Part shown: one piece after another, positions 38,906-48,553 of the stretch
Position numbering within the stretch: position 1 is the stretch's first letter
Layout of the letters: each line of letters begins with the position of its first letter
NCBI GenBank assembly: GCA_012727555.1
Contig: JAAYGT010000033.1
Span: 21,921-85,920 of the forward strand
Source of the DNA: Alcaligenaceae bacterium
GTDB taxonomy: Bacteria > Pseudomonadota > Gammaproteobacteria > Burkholderiales > Burkholderiaceae_B
Direction: 5' to 3'
DNA: 64,000 nucleotides
The notes under the pieces: model-generated
What the model was told of the DNA's origin: nothing
What the model saw: the letters and a program-made list of their open reading frames with translations, nothing else
The model's database searches: none
Translations under genes and position numbers: made by a program

Positions 38906-40099
38906 TCAGGCAGAACGCACCTGCGCCACAATGGCATCAAGGCGTTCGAGCATGAGATCGATTTCTTCAGTGGTGACGTTCAGGGCCGGCATGAAACGCA
39001 ACAAGTTCGGGCGGGGAGCATTCAACAGCATGCCTTCCGGGCTGAAATCGCGTGCGGCTTCAACGATGGCGGGACCATCGTCACGGTCAAGGATAAGAGC
39101 GCGCAGCAAACCTTCACCACGCTCGCCCTGCATGCCCCACTTGGCTGACAGTTTCAACAAACCCTGCGACAAGTAGTTTCCGCGTTCCTGGACACCCTGC
39201 AGGAAACCCGGTGCCATGAGGGCGTCGAACACCGCCACGCCAACCGCTGTCATGAGCGGGTTACCGTTGTAGGTGCCGCCCTGGTCGCCGTGCTGGAAGA
39301 CGGAAACGGCTTCGCGGGCACACAAGGCCGCCAGCGGCACGCCGCCGCCAATGCCTTTGCCAAGCGTCATGATGTCGGGCTCGATGCCAAACAACTGATA
39401 GGCAAACATGGCACCCGTGCGGCCGTAGCCGGTTTGCACTTCATCGACAATAAGCAACAGGCCACGCTCGGTGGTGAGCTGGCGCAACGCTTTCATGAAT
39501 TCGCGATCGGCGGGAATGACACCGCCTTCGCCCTGAACGGGTTCGAGCATGACGGCAACAGTCTGGTCGTCGATGAGCGCCTTGACGGAATCGATGTCGT
39601 TCAGACGGGCTTTGGGGAAGCCTTCAACCTGAGGCGGGAACATGGTGCCCCAGCCCGGTTTGCCGGACGCCGACATGGTGGCAATGGTGCGGCCATGAAA
39701 GCTGTGATCGAAGGTGATGATCTTGTAGGCACCGTTGCGCTTGAGCTGGCCCCACTTGCGCGCCAGCTTGATGGCACCTTCGTTGGCCTCGGCACCGGTA
39801 TTGGCAAAGAACACGCGGTCGAAACAGGAAGCACCGGTGATGCGGTTGGAAAGATCAATGGAGGGCTTGTTGTAGAAGGCCGGCGACGGGTTCAACAACA
39901 ACGAGGCCTGTTCATTGATGGCCTTGACGGCTTCGGCAGGGCAATGCCCCAGGCAATTGACTGCCCACCCCTGAACAAAATCGAGGTATCGCTTGCCAGT
40001 GTGATCGTACAGCCAGGAACCCTGGCCACGAACGAAAACGAGTTCGGGACGCTTGGTGATGTCCATGAGCGCATTGACACTGGAAGGATCAAATTTCAT
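38906..40099 (-). CDS. argD: Class III aminotransferase (acetylornithine/succinylornithine aminotransferase-like)
   Basis: About 397 aa from ATG 40099 (AGGAAA RBS). Colinear with ArgD as I recall it ([44 protein letters not shown]). The gene symbol is tentative. Confidence 0.75.
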   Translation of the reverse strand: MKFDPSSVNALMDITKRPELVFVRGQGSWLYDHTGKRYLDFVQGWAVNCLGHCPAEAVKAINEQASLLLNPSPAFYNKPSIDLSNRITGASCFDRVFFANTGAEANEGAIKLARKWGQLKRNGAYKIITFDHSFHGRTIATMSASGKPGWGTMFPPQVEGFPKARLNDIDSVKALIDDQTVAVMLEPVQGEGGVIPADREFMKALRQLTTERGLLLIVDEVQTGYGRTGAMFAYQLFGIEPDIMTLGKGIGGGVPLAALCAREAVSVFQHGDQGGTYNGNPLMTAVGVAVFDALMAPGFLQGVQERGNYLSQGLLKLSAKWGMQGERGEGLLRALILDRDDGPAIVEAARDFSPEGMLLNAPRPNLLRFMPALNVTTEEIDLMLERLDAIVAQVRSA

Positions 40100-40296
40100 T
40101 GTGCTTTCCTGAGAAGGATGGAGTGGGGAAAACCGGGATGGCTGAAGAAGAAAGTCCGGTACGCCATTATCCCAGATTTGAAGGCCCTTCCCCAAGCATC
40201 AGTCGCCAAAACGTGCGAAAACACCACCTGAAAACACATTAAATACGCTAAAGTGCGTTGATGCACGTTCTCGCATGAACCGACAGGAACCGAACG

Positions 40297-41166
40297 ATGA
40301 CAGCAACCTTGCTTTCCCTGCACAGTTACCCCGTCAAATCGTGTGCTGCACTGAACCATGAGCAGGTCAGCATCAGCCAGAGCGGGCTGTTCCTTGATCG
40401 TCACTGGGTGGTTGTTTCGGAATCCGGCACCTTCCTGACCCAGCGCAGCCACCCCCGCATGGCCCTCATTCAGCCCGCGCTGCAACAACACGACCTCACG
40501 CTGTCGGCACCGGGCATGCCGCCCCTGCACGTGCCCTGGCTCACCGACACCGACACCCCCGATCCCGTACCGGTACGCATCTGGTCCAGCAACACGCTGG
40601 GCTTCGATGAAGGCCCCGAAGCCGCGCACTGGCTTTCAGGTTTTCTTGAAACCCCCTGCCGCTTGCTGCGCGTGCATCCCACCGCCGAACGCCTGGCCAG
40701 CCCTGAACACCTGAACGCATGGCGTGTGCAGCACGGCCACCAGGCCCCCAACCTCCCGGCCAGCCACCGTTTCGGTTTTGCCGACGGTTTCCCGTTTCTG
40801 GTGGCATTCACAGCATCACTGGATCAGTTGAACCACGATATTGCGGCCAGTGGCCATGCGCCGGTGCCTATGAACCGTTTCCGGCCCAATCTGGTGATCA
40901 GCGGTACACAAGCCTTCGAAGAAGACTTCCTGGCCGGCCTGCGCATCGGTACGCTCACGTTCGCGTTCGTGAAAGCGTGTACGCGCTGCACGGTACCCGA
41001 CATCAACCAGGCCACCGCAGAACGGGGCGCCGAACCCGGCCTCACTCTGGCCCAAACCCGCCAGAGCCACGAAGGCACGCTGTTTGGCTGCAATGCCGTA
41101 GTAGCCGGCACCCACCCGGGATCCACCCTGGCAACCGGCCTGGATGTGCAGCTGCTGTACGCCTGA
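40297..41166 (+). CDS. MOSC domain protein (YcbX-like, N-terminal beta-barrel + MOSC)
   Basis: 289 aa. LSLHSYPVKSCAA N-terminal motif, RFRPNLVISG and a C-terminal CTRCTVP cysteine motif typical of MOSC proteins. Confidence 0.8.
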   Translation: MTATLLSLHSYPVKSCAALNHEQVSISQSGLFLDRHWVVVSESGTFLTQRSHPRMALIQPALQQHDLTLSAPGMPPLHVPWLTDTDTPDPVPVRIWSSNTLGFDEGPEAAHWLSGFLETPCRLLRVHPTAERLASPEHLNAWRVQHGHQAPNLPASHRFGFADGFPFLVAFTASLDQLNHDIAASGHAPVPMNRFRPNLVISGTQAFEEDFLAGLRIGTLTFAFVKACTRCTVPDINQATAERGAEPGLTLAQTRQSHEGTLFGCNAVVAGTHPGSTLATGLDVQLLYA

Positions 41167-41212
41167 GCCCACCGCAGACACAACACGATCTGAACAAAGC
41201 ACCGGGAACACT

Positions 41213-42364
41213 TCAGTACAGCGAAAGCTGCACCGGTTCGTGCAGGATTGCTCCCCCGGCATCCGTGCCGGCCGACAACGTGCCCACCCGCACGCCCAGC
41301 AAACGTATTCGCCGTGAAAGATCCACCCGCTTCAGGCACGATCCGGCGGCGCGACGGATCTGCACCGGATCATCGGTTGGATCAGCCAGGGTGCAATCGC
41401 GCGTTACCGTATGAAAATCCTCAAAGCGCAGCTTGATGCCCACGGTACGCCCCGCACAGCCCTTGTTTTTCAGGTCCTGGCTCACGCGCTGGCACAAATC
41501 GGAAAAAATGGCAGACAAGGCCGCCTTGTCGCGCACCACATGCAGATCGCGCTCGAACGTTGTTTCACGGCTGACCGACTTCGGGTCTGAAACCGTAACA
41601 ACAGGACGCTCATCAACGCCCTGTGCAACCTGCAGCATCCAGCGGGCCTGCCCCAGGCCAAACTGTGCCTGCAAAAGGTGGGGTTTGGCCTGGGCAAGGT
41701 CGCGAATGGTAAAAATACCCAGACTTTCAAGCCGTGTCCGGGCACGGGGCCCGATGCCATTGATTTTGCCCACGGGCAAAGGCCAGATACGGGTTTGCAG
41801 ATCCCCCGGCTCCAGAATGGTAATGCCATCCGGCTTGTTCAGATCCGAAGCAATCTTGGACAACAATTTATTGGGCGAAATGCCCACAGAGCAGGTCAAC
41901 CCGGTGGCCTCGAACACCGCACGCTTCAGCATCCGGGCCAACGTGTCCGAATCCTGTTCGTGCAGCGTCAGATCAATATAGATTTCATCGATCCCCCGAT
42001 CTTCAACCTGTGGGGCAATCGCCCGCACGGCCGCCTTGAAACGGCGTGAATAATCGCGGTAGGCGTTGAAATCGGCTGGTAAAACCACCGCATCCGGTGC
42101 AAGACGGGCCGCTTTCATCATGCCCATTGCCGAAAAAACGCCCAAGGCACGCGCTTCGTAAGTGGATGTGGTAACAACGCCGCGGCCCGTATAGTCCTTC
42201 AATTGAGCGAACTGCAGCACGCCATCCGGACCGGCAACCGGCGCCTTCGTGGATCGACCACCAATCACCACCGCCTGCCCGCGCAACTGCGGGTAACGCA
42301 GCAATTCAACGGACGCATAGAAAGCATCCATATCGAGATGAGCAACACGGCGTTGATGTGACAT
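41213..42364 (-). CDS. dinB: DNA polymerase IV
   Basis: Typical Y-family polymerase blocks VAHLDMDAFYASVELLRYPQLRGQAVVIGG and SVGISPNKLLSKIASDLNKPDG. ATG 42364 is preferred to GTG 42424. Confidence 0.9.
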   Translation of the reverse strand: MSHQRRVAHLDMDAFYASVELLRYPQLRGQAVVIGGRSTKAPVAGPDGVLQFAQLKDYTGRGVVTTSTYEARALGVFSAMGMMKAARLAPDAVVLPADFNAYRDYSRRFKAAVRAIAPQVEDRGIDEIYIDLTLHEQDSDTLARMLKRAVFEATGLTCSVGISPNKLLSKIASDLNKPDGITILEPGDLQTRIWPLPVGKINGIGPRARTRLESLGIFTIRDLAQAKPHLLQAQFGLGQARWMLQVAQGVDERPVVTVSDPKSVSRETTFERDLHVVRDKAALSAIFSDLCQRVSQDLKNKGCAGRTVGIKLRFEDFHTVTRDCTLADPTDDPVQIRRAAGSCLKRVDLSRRIRLLGVRVGTLSAGTDAGGAILHEPVQLSLY

Positions 42365-42616
42365 GGCAAAAGTGTACAACCGGAACAACGCCACCATGAT
42401 TGTGCATCGCAACACAAAATGCACCGGATTGGTGCATCACCCTGTTCAGAAAAAGCCTGAAATGAACGCCCCTTCACGCCCTGACGAACACCTGCCGGAC
42501 AGTTAGATCAACATGGGCTGCCGCAGACCATCACGAATGACTGGCACAAAAATTGCTTGAGGGAAATCCGTAAAACCCCTGAATCAGTAAGCAAGCCGTT
42601 TATCAAGGAGCATGGC

Positions 42617-43444
42617 ATGAAACCCCCGGCGATCCGTCTGGCCCCTGGCACACACACACGACGTTGTGTGCGACAGTTGGACAGGATCTCTACCAGCATG
42701 GCCGGGCCGATCACAGGCTTCACGCTGCTGTTGCTGATCTGGCAGATTCTGGCGTTGTTCATCGAGACAATCCCGGACCCCGGCAGTACGCTCCAGACGG
42801 CGCTGGCGCTGTTTGGCAACCCGTTTCCCGACCCCGCAACCGGCCAGACAGGACTGGGCTGGAACATTCTGATCACCCTCGAACGCCTGTTCACCGGGCT
42901 TGCACTGGCCCTGCTGGCTGGATTCCCGGCCGGTGTACTGCTGGGCCGACTGCCCTGGCTGACCAATGTCTGCACGCCCGTGATCAACTTGTTCCGCCAC
43001 GTCTCGCCCCTGGCCTGGCTACCCTTCGGACTGCTGGTATTCAATGCCCCGGAATCGGCCGCTGTCTGGACCATTTTTGTGTGCTCGGTCTGGCCGTTGC
43101 TGAACAACACGGCCGAAGGCATACGTCGAGTGCCCCGTGATTACCTGAATCTGGCGCGCACCCTGGCACTGCCGGAGTGGAAGGTATTTACACGCATCAT
43201 TTTGCCGGCTGCCGCACCGCACATCGTCACGGGACTGCGCATGTCGGTCAGCGGTGCCTGGCTTGTGGTGGTGGCCTCGGAAATGTTCATTGGCGGGGAA
43301 GGCATAGGATCCTGGCTGCGTACAGCCCTGGCGAACCTGAACAGCGAAAAAATCGTGATCGCCATTTTGCTTGTCGGCACAATTGGGCTGTTGCTGGACC
43401 TGCCCCTGCTTGCACTGCGAAAACGCCTGACCCCGAAAAACTGA
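42617..43444 (+). CDS. ABC transporter permease (NitT/TauT nitrate/sulfonate/bicarbonate family)
   Basis: About 275 aa from ATG 42617 (AAGGAG RBS). NitT/TauT-like permease pattern (NLARTLALPEWKVFTRIILPAAAPHIVTGLRMS). Confidence 0.8.
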   Translation: MKPPAIRLAPGTHTRRCVRQLDRISTSMAGPITGFTLLLLIWQILALFIETIPDPGSTLQTALALFGNPFPDPATGQTGLGWNILITLERLFTGLALALLAGFPAGVLLGRLPWLTNVCTPVINLFRHVSPLAWLPFGLLVFNAPESAAVWTIFVCSVWPLLNNTAEGIRRVPRDYLNLARTLALPEWKVFTRIILPAAAPHIVTGLRMSVSGAWLVVVASEMFIGGEGIGSWLRTALANLNSEKIVIAILLVGTIGLLLDLPLLALRKRLTPKN

Positions 43445-43512
43445 CCTCTCATTCGCATCAACACGTTCGATCTGAAACGCACACCGCACGCAACCACGGA
43501 AAAGGCCTGACC

Positions 43513-44322
43513 ATGGAAAATCATGTCCGTATCGACCACCTGAGCCATCGCTTCATCAACAAAAAAACACAACCGTACCCGGTGCTGCACAACATCAACC
43601 TGAGCATCCGTAAAGGTGAAGTCGTCTGTCTGGTGGGTAATTCAGGCTGTGGAAAATCAACACTCATCCAGATGCTGGCCGGCCTGGAACGCCCTTCGGA
43701 AGGCGTGCTGATCTGCAACAACCGCGAAATCTCGGGACCCGGCCCCGACCGGGCCCTGGTGCTGGAACAACCCACCTTGCTGCCCTGGCTCAGTTGCTTT
43801 CAGAACGTGTACCTGGCGGTTGAACAGGTGTTCGGGGCCCGGGAAACCCCGGGTGAACTGCGTGCCCGCGCACGTGCTGCGCTGACACGGGTGGGACTGC
43901 TGAACGATGCAGCCAAGTTCCCGGGTGAGTTGTCGGCCGGCATGCGGCAGCGTGTCAGCATTGCCCGGGCCATTGCCATGGAACCCAAGGTATTACTGAT
44001 GGACGAACCCTTCAATGCCCTGGACCCCCTGACCCGCAGTCACCTGCAGGACGATGTTCTGCGCATTGTAGGCACCCTGGACACAACCGTGATCATGGTG
44101 TCACACGACGTTGACGAAGCCTTGCTGATGGCGGACCGGATTGTTCTGCTGACACAAGGGCCGGCCGCCACGATCGGAACCATTGTGCCGGTTGATCTGC
44201 CCAGACCACGCAACCGGCTGACGGTGCTCAGCGAGCCCCGTTATCTGGAACTGCGCACACGCATATTGACATTTCTTCACGATCAGCGTCACCATCGTGA
44301 ACCGGAGTTACACGCAGCATGA
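43513..44322 (+). CDS. ABC transporter ATP-binding protein (NitT/TauT family)
   Basis: Walker A GNSGCGKST, signature LSAGMRQRVSIARAI, Walker B LLMDEPFNALD. ATG 43513. The longer ORF-track start overlaps the permease gene. Confidence 0.85.
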   Translation: MENHVRIDHLSHRFINKKTQPYPVLHNINLSIRKGEVVCLVGNSGCGKSTLIQMLAGLERPSEGVLICNNREISGPGPDRALVLEQPTLLPWLSCFQNVYLAVEQVFGARETPGELRARARAALTRVGLLNDAAKFPGELSAGMRQRVSIARAIAMEPKVLLMDEPFNALDPLTRSHLQDDVLRIVGTLDTTVIMVSHDVDEALLMADRIVLLTQGPAATIGTIVPVDLPRPRNRLTVLSEPRYLELRTRILTFLHDQRHHREPELHAA

Positions 44323-44359
44323 CGCTGAAATTCGTACCAATTCTACGTACAATTCAAGC

Positions 44360-44929
44360 ATGGAACGTTGTCACTGGTGCACCCAGGATCCCCTCTATAT
44401 TCAGTACCATGATACCGAGTGGGGTGTCCCTTCGTTTCATGCGCCGCATTTATTCGAAAAATTGATCCTTGAAGGCTTCCAGGCCGGTCTGTCGTGGTTC
44501 ACCATACTGCGCAAGCGCGAACACTTTCGTGCTGTCCTGCACCGGTTCAATCCCGAACGCCTGGCGGCACTCACCGATGCCGATCTCCAGGCGCTCATGC
44601 AAGACCCCGGCATTGTGCGCAACCGGCTCAAGCTGCAGGCCACCCGGCGCAACGCGCAGGCCTGGCTGCAGCTGAACGATCCGGTCGATCTCATCTGGTC
44701 TGTCGTGAACCACACACCGATCATTCATCATTACGATCACCACAACCAGATCCCGGCCACCAGCGTTCAGGGCGATGCACTCTGCAAACACTTGCGCAAG
44801 GCCGGGTTCACCTTCGTGGGCCCCACCATTTGCCACGCTTACCTGCAGGGTATCGGGGCATTCATGGATCACACCACCCGCTGTCACCGTCACGCGGTGC
44901 TGTCAGGCCGTGCTCACACCCCGGAATGA
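44360..44929 (+). CDS. tag: DNA-3-methyladenine glycosylase I
   Basis: MERCHWCTQDPLYIQYHDTEWGVP...EGFQAGLSWFTILRKRE is near-colinear with E. coli Tag as I recall it (MERCGWVSQDPLYIAYHDNEWGVP). The zinc-ligand Cys/His pattern is present. Confidence 0.9.
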   Translation: MERCHWCTQDPLYIQYHDTEWGVPSFHAPHLFEKLILEGFQAGLSWFTILRKREHFRAVLHRFNPERLAALTDADLQALMQDPGIVRNRLKLQATRRNAQAWLQLNDPVDLIWSVVNHTPIIHHYDHHNQIPATSVQGDALCKHLRKAGFTFVGPTICHAYLQGIGAFMDHTTRCHRHAVLSGRAHTPE

Positions 44930-45633
44930 ACCCCGCACCATTCTCCCAACGGGCAAACCCCCAGATCATCCGGCACACAGAAGGTCCGCTGACCGACTGG
45001 CTGCGGGAATACACGCGCCCCCTGCACAGGGCCCTGGACACCAGCCCCATGCTGCACAACCTGCTGAGGCCCGAACTGAGCATCGCCGATTACGCGACAA
45101 CGCTGCGGGCGCTGCATCAGGCCCACACCCGGGCTGAAACCTGTTTACAGACTCTGGCGCACGCACGCCCACCGGCGCTGCCCCCCTATGTGGCGCGCAG
45201 TCCTGCACTGGCACGTGATCTGCTGGCCGTTGAAACGCTCCGTGCCAACGGCACACACACGGCGCCACCTTCCGTACACGTGTCCGGAACGATCCTGGCC
45301 GCTGCATCACCCGCAACCGATCCCCCGCGTGTCACACACACTGACCCGCACGCCACCTACCTGGGCCTGCGTTATGTGCTGGAAGGTGCCAGCCTGGGCT
45401 CACGTGTGATCGCCCAACAACTAAAAAAACGATGGCCTGAAATTGAACAACATGCTTTTGCCTACTGGGGCTTACAATCCGAACTAATGCAGCACTGGCT
45501 TGGTGTGTGCGAACAGATCAACAGCCACCCGGCCGGCCTGCATGAATCCTCCCTGCTTCAGGGCGCTGAAACGGCATACCACTGCTTCCTGAGCGTGTTC
45601 AGGCCGGAAACCCATGACACCACCCACCTTTGA
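44926..45633 (+). CDS. bphO: Biliverdin-producing heme oxygenase (BphO-like)
   Basis: 235 aa from ATG 44926, which overlaps the tag stop (ATGA). Proximal-His region LREYTRPLHRALD and the YVLEGASLG motif of heme oxygenases. The upstream part of the ORF-track entry is an out-of-frame overlap with tag. Confidence 0.75.
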   Translation: MNPAPFSQRANPQIIRHTEGPLTDWLREYTRPLHRALDTSPMLHNLLRPELSIADYATTLRALHQAHTRAETCLQTLAHARPPALPPYVARSPALARDLLAVETLRANGTHTAPPSVHVSGTILAAASPATDPPRVTHTDPHATYLGLRYVLEGASLGSRVIAQQLKKRWPEIEQHAFAYWGLQSELMQHWLGVCEQINSHPAGLHESSLLQGAETAYHCFLSVFRPETHDTTHL

Positions 45634-47644
45634 CGACTGCCTGACCGCCCCGCTGCATTTTTCCAGGGCAATTCAACCTCATGGGGCGCTGCTTGTGGTG
45701 AACCCGGGCGGCGCGATCATTGGTGCATCGGCCAATGCAGGCCGTTGGCTGCACGTGCCTGAAACCGAACTGGAAGGGGCCCGCTGGCACGCACTGTTCC
45801 CGCAAACGCCCTTGCCGCCCGCACCCACCTGTACCACCATCCCCGTCAGCGCACCGGTTTTGCATGCCCTGCACTTGAACGGACAAGCCCTGGTGGTTGC
45901 ACACCGCACACTGAAGGTCGGTACGTTACTGGAATTTGAACAGGTCACCTACTGCACCGAGGAACTGGCCTACAGCAATGCTGCACGCATGGCGATCTGC
46001 ATGGCCGAACTGCCCGACTGCAACAACGAACAAGCGGCCGCTGAATGCCTGATGCGGCATATCGCAGAAGTCACCGGTTTTGACCGGACCATGCTGCTGC
46101 AATTCCTGCCCGACTGGCATGGTGCCGTGGTGGCTGAACAGTGCAAACCCGGCATCACGGGTTATCTGCACCAGCACTTCCCGGCCAACGACATACCGGA
46201 AAACGCCCGTGCGCTCTACCGCCTGAAACACCAGCGCCTGATTGCCGACGCCTGCGCCGAACCGGTACCCATTCTTTCCACGCACCCTGAACCTTTCGAC
46301 CTGACCTACTCCGAGCTCAGGGCCGTACATCCGGCGCATATCCAGTACATGCGCAATATGGGCATACGTACCGCCTTCAGCGTGTCGATCGTGGTCAACG
46401 GAACACTGTGGGGCCTGATTACTTGCCACAACCTGCAGCCTGCCACGCTGTCCTTTGCAAAGCGACTGCTTTGCGAGCAACTGGCCAGTGCAACCGCGTT
46501 GCACATGGCCGGCCTGGCCCGCCTGGCGCATGCCACGGCGCGCCACACCCACCAGCTTGTGCGCACCCAGGTCAAACAGGCACTGCAAACCGGCGGAACA
46601 TCCCCCGAAACCCTCAAGAACAGCCTCCAGGACATCGCGCTGCAGTTCAACGCGCAGGGCGCCTGGGCGCGCGTGCGTGGTCAAACGGTACTCTGGGGTG
46701 TACTGCCCTCTTCACGCCGGCTCAAACGGCTGCGTTCCTGGCTGGCCAGGCATGTAGCACCCGACCTGGCCGTTTTCCATACACATGAAATCCCTGCGCA
46801 ACTGCGCGATGACACCGAACTGGTGCGCCATGCCAGCGGCCTTTTGCTCATCCGGATCAACGCCAACGTCACCCTTCTGCTGCTACGCTCGGAACAACAA
46901 GAACACATCGACTGGGCCGGTGAACAGCAACACGTCAAACCTGAAACGCACCGGCAAAAACTGTCCCCGCGCACGTCATTTGCTGTATGGCGCGAACAGG
47001 TCAAGGGGCAGGCCTGGCCCTGGACAGCCACCGACATTGAAGCGGCCCACGACCTGCGCACGGCCCTGGTTGAACTGATCGACTACCTGGCCCTGGAACA
47101 CAAAAGCCTGACCGATCCTCTTACCGGACTGGGCAACCGCAACTTGCTGCAGCAACGCTTTGACGCCCTGCAATCCAACTCGGGCAAGGAAGCCCGGGCG
47201 GCACTCCTGCTGATCGACCTGGACAACTTCAAACCCATCAACGACACCCTGGGGCACGCCGCCGGCGACGACCTTTTGGTGCAAATTGCAAACCGTCTGC
47301 GTTCACTGGTACGCACCGAGGACACCCTGGTGCGCCTGGGTGGTGATGAATTTGCCGTTGTACTCAAACGGATCAGTACTGCGAAACAGGTTCAGGATCT
47401 GGGTGAACGACTGGTTCAGGCCCTGGCGGAGCCGTATACGCTGAACGACACCCAGGTAACCCTGAGCGCCAGCGTGGGAGCCGCCTTGTTTCCGCAACAC
47501 GCCCGAACCGGGCAATCATTGGTGCACCATGCCGACATGGCCATGTACCAGGTGAAGCGCCGTGGCCGCAACGGGTTCATGTTGTATTCGGCATCGGAAT
47601 CAGGCTCTGCACAATCGGCCCCCGATACCACAGGCACGGCCTGA
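45614..47644 (+). CDS. bphP: Bacteriophytochrome (PAS-GAF-PHY) fused to a GGDEF diguanylate cyclase domain
   Basis: N-terminal Cys9 followed by IQPHGALL. GAF motifs FPANDIPENARALY, HPAHIQYMRNMG and LWGLITCH. PHY tongue WAG and PRTSF. C-terminal RTED-x5-GGDEF (GGDEF codons at 47339-47353). Overlaps bphO by 20 nt. Confidence 0.9.
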   Translation: MTPPTFDDCLTAPLHFSRAIQPHGALLVVNPGGAIIGASANAGRWLHVPETELEGARWHALFPQTPLPPAPTCTTIPVSAPVLHALHLNGQALVVAHRTLKVGTLLEFEQVTYCTEELAYSNAARMAICMAELPDCNNEQAAAECLMRHIAEVTGFDRTMLLQFLPDWHGAVVAEQCKPGITGYLHQHFPANDIPENARALYRLKHQRLIADACAEPVPILSTHPEPFDLTYSELRAVHPAHIQYMRNMGIRTAFSVSIVVNGTLWGLITCHNLQPATLSFAKRLLCEQLASATALHMAGLARLAHATARHTHQLVRTQVKQALQTGGTSPETLKNSLQDIALQFNAQGAWARVRGQTVLWGVLPSSRRLKRLRSWLARHVAPDLAVFHTHEIPAQLRDDTELVRHASGLLLIRINANVTLLLLRSEQQEHIDWAGEQQHVKPETHRQKLSPRTSFAVWREQVKGQAWPWTATDIEAAHDLRTALVELIDYLALEHKSLTDPLTGLGNRNLLQQRFDALQSNSGKEARAALLLIDLDNFKPINDTLGHAAGDDLLVQIANRLRSLVRTEDTLVRLGGDEFAVVLKRISTAKQVQDLGERLVQALAEPYTLNDTQVTLSASVGAALFPQHARTGQSLVHHADMAMYQVKRRGRNGFMLYSASESGSAQSAPDTTGTA

Positions 47645-47646
47645 CT

Positions 47647-48456
47647 TTATCTAGACGCCGCAGGCGCTGTTTGAGTGCTGTACAAACGCGCCGGCAAAAA
47701 CCCGCCATCCACCACAATATCCTGGCCGGTAAGGTACCGCGCTCCGTCCGTCGAAAGAAAGGCGACCACCTGGGCGATATCCTCAGGAACCCCGAAATGC
47801 CCTACGGGCAAAGCAGCCAACCGGGCTGCAGCACGTTCCGGATTCTGGTAATAGGGCTCAGACAAGGGGGTGCGCACCATACCCGGACTGACTGAATTAG
47901 CGCGTATACCTTTTTCACCCCAGGCCACGGCCATCTGGCGAGTGAGACCACACATGGCCGATTTGCTTGCCCCATAGGCGCCCCCACGCGTAGGTGTCTG
48001 ATTACCGATTGAAGCAATGTTCACGATACGTCCCCACCCTTGGACAAACATCATGGGTACCAATGCCTGGGCACAGAGCAACGCCCCTTTGACGTTGACG
48101 TTGAATACACTATCCCACTCGTCCACAGAAATAGCTTCCAGAGGTGTCAGGGCTGTACGGCCTGCGTTGTTCACCAGGATATCGCAGCGCCCAAACCGTT
48201 CCCTGACCGTCTCAGCCATCTGTTCAATCGCTTCGGGCACCGTAATATCGCAGGCAATTGCTACGGCACCAACCGGCAGAACAGCATCGACAGGAACCGT
48301 ACGATCAATCATGGCAACACGTGCGCCCATCGCCAAGAACTGCTGGGCAATCGCCAGGCCCAGACCGCCAAATGCACCGGTGACAACAGCCACTCGCCCC
48401 TTGAGCGAGTCTGGGCTGAAAACAGGGGAAGGAAGCTCAGGAGTCCAAGATGTCAT
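47647..48456 (-). CDS. SDR family oxidoreductase
   Basis: 269 aa with VTGAFGGLGLAIA, NNAG and YGASKSAM motifs. Confidence 0.85.
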   Translation of the reverse strand: MTSWTPELPSPVFSPDSLKGRVAVVTGAFGGLGLAIAQQFLAMGARVAMIDRTVPVDAVLPVGAVAIACDITVPEAIEQMAETVRERFGRCDILVNNAGRTALTPLEAISVDEWDSVFNVNVKGALLCAQALVPMMFVQGWGRIVNIASIGNQTPTRGGAYGASKSAMCGLTRQMAVAWGEKGIRANSVSPGMVRTPLSEPYYQNPERAAARLAALPVGHFGVPEDIAQVVAFLSTDGARYLTGQDIVVDGGFLPARLYSTQTAPAASR

Positions 48457-48553
48457 GGTAATTCAATAAGGTAAAGTCAGGTAACACGAGGGGGACTGCA
48501 TCAGGGTAGAACAGCACACTACGGTCCGACCCGGCAAAAATACGGCTGATGTT

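Noticed and set aside
42365-42616. LexA (SOS) box upstream of dinB
   Set aside because: I scanned the divergent region for CTGT-N8-ACAG and found none. CTGTTCAGAAAAAGCC and CCTGCCGGACAG do not fit. I make no SOS-box call; a different LexA motif cannot be excluded without a genome-wide matrix.
44926-45633. Extra ~15-20 residues (Pro/Thr/His-rich) in the BphO-like protein before the YVLEGASLG motif, as a possible novel insertion
   Set aside because: The comparison rests only on my recollection of one reference BphO sequence. Loop-length variation at that position is plausible, so it is not strong enough to report as a finding.
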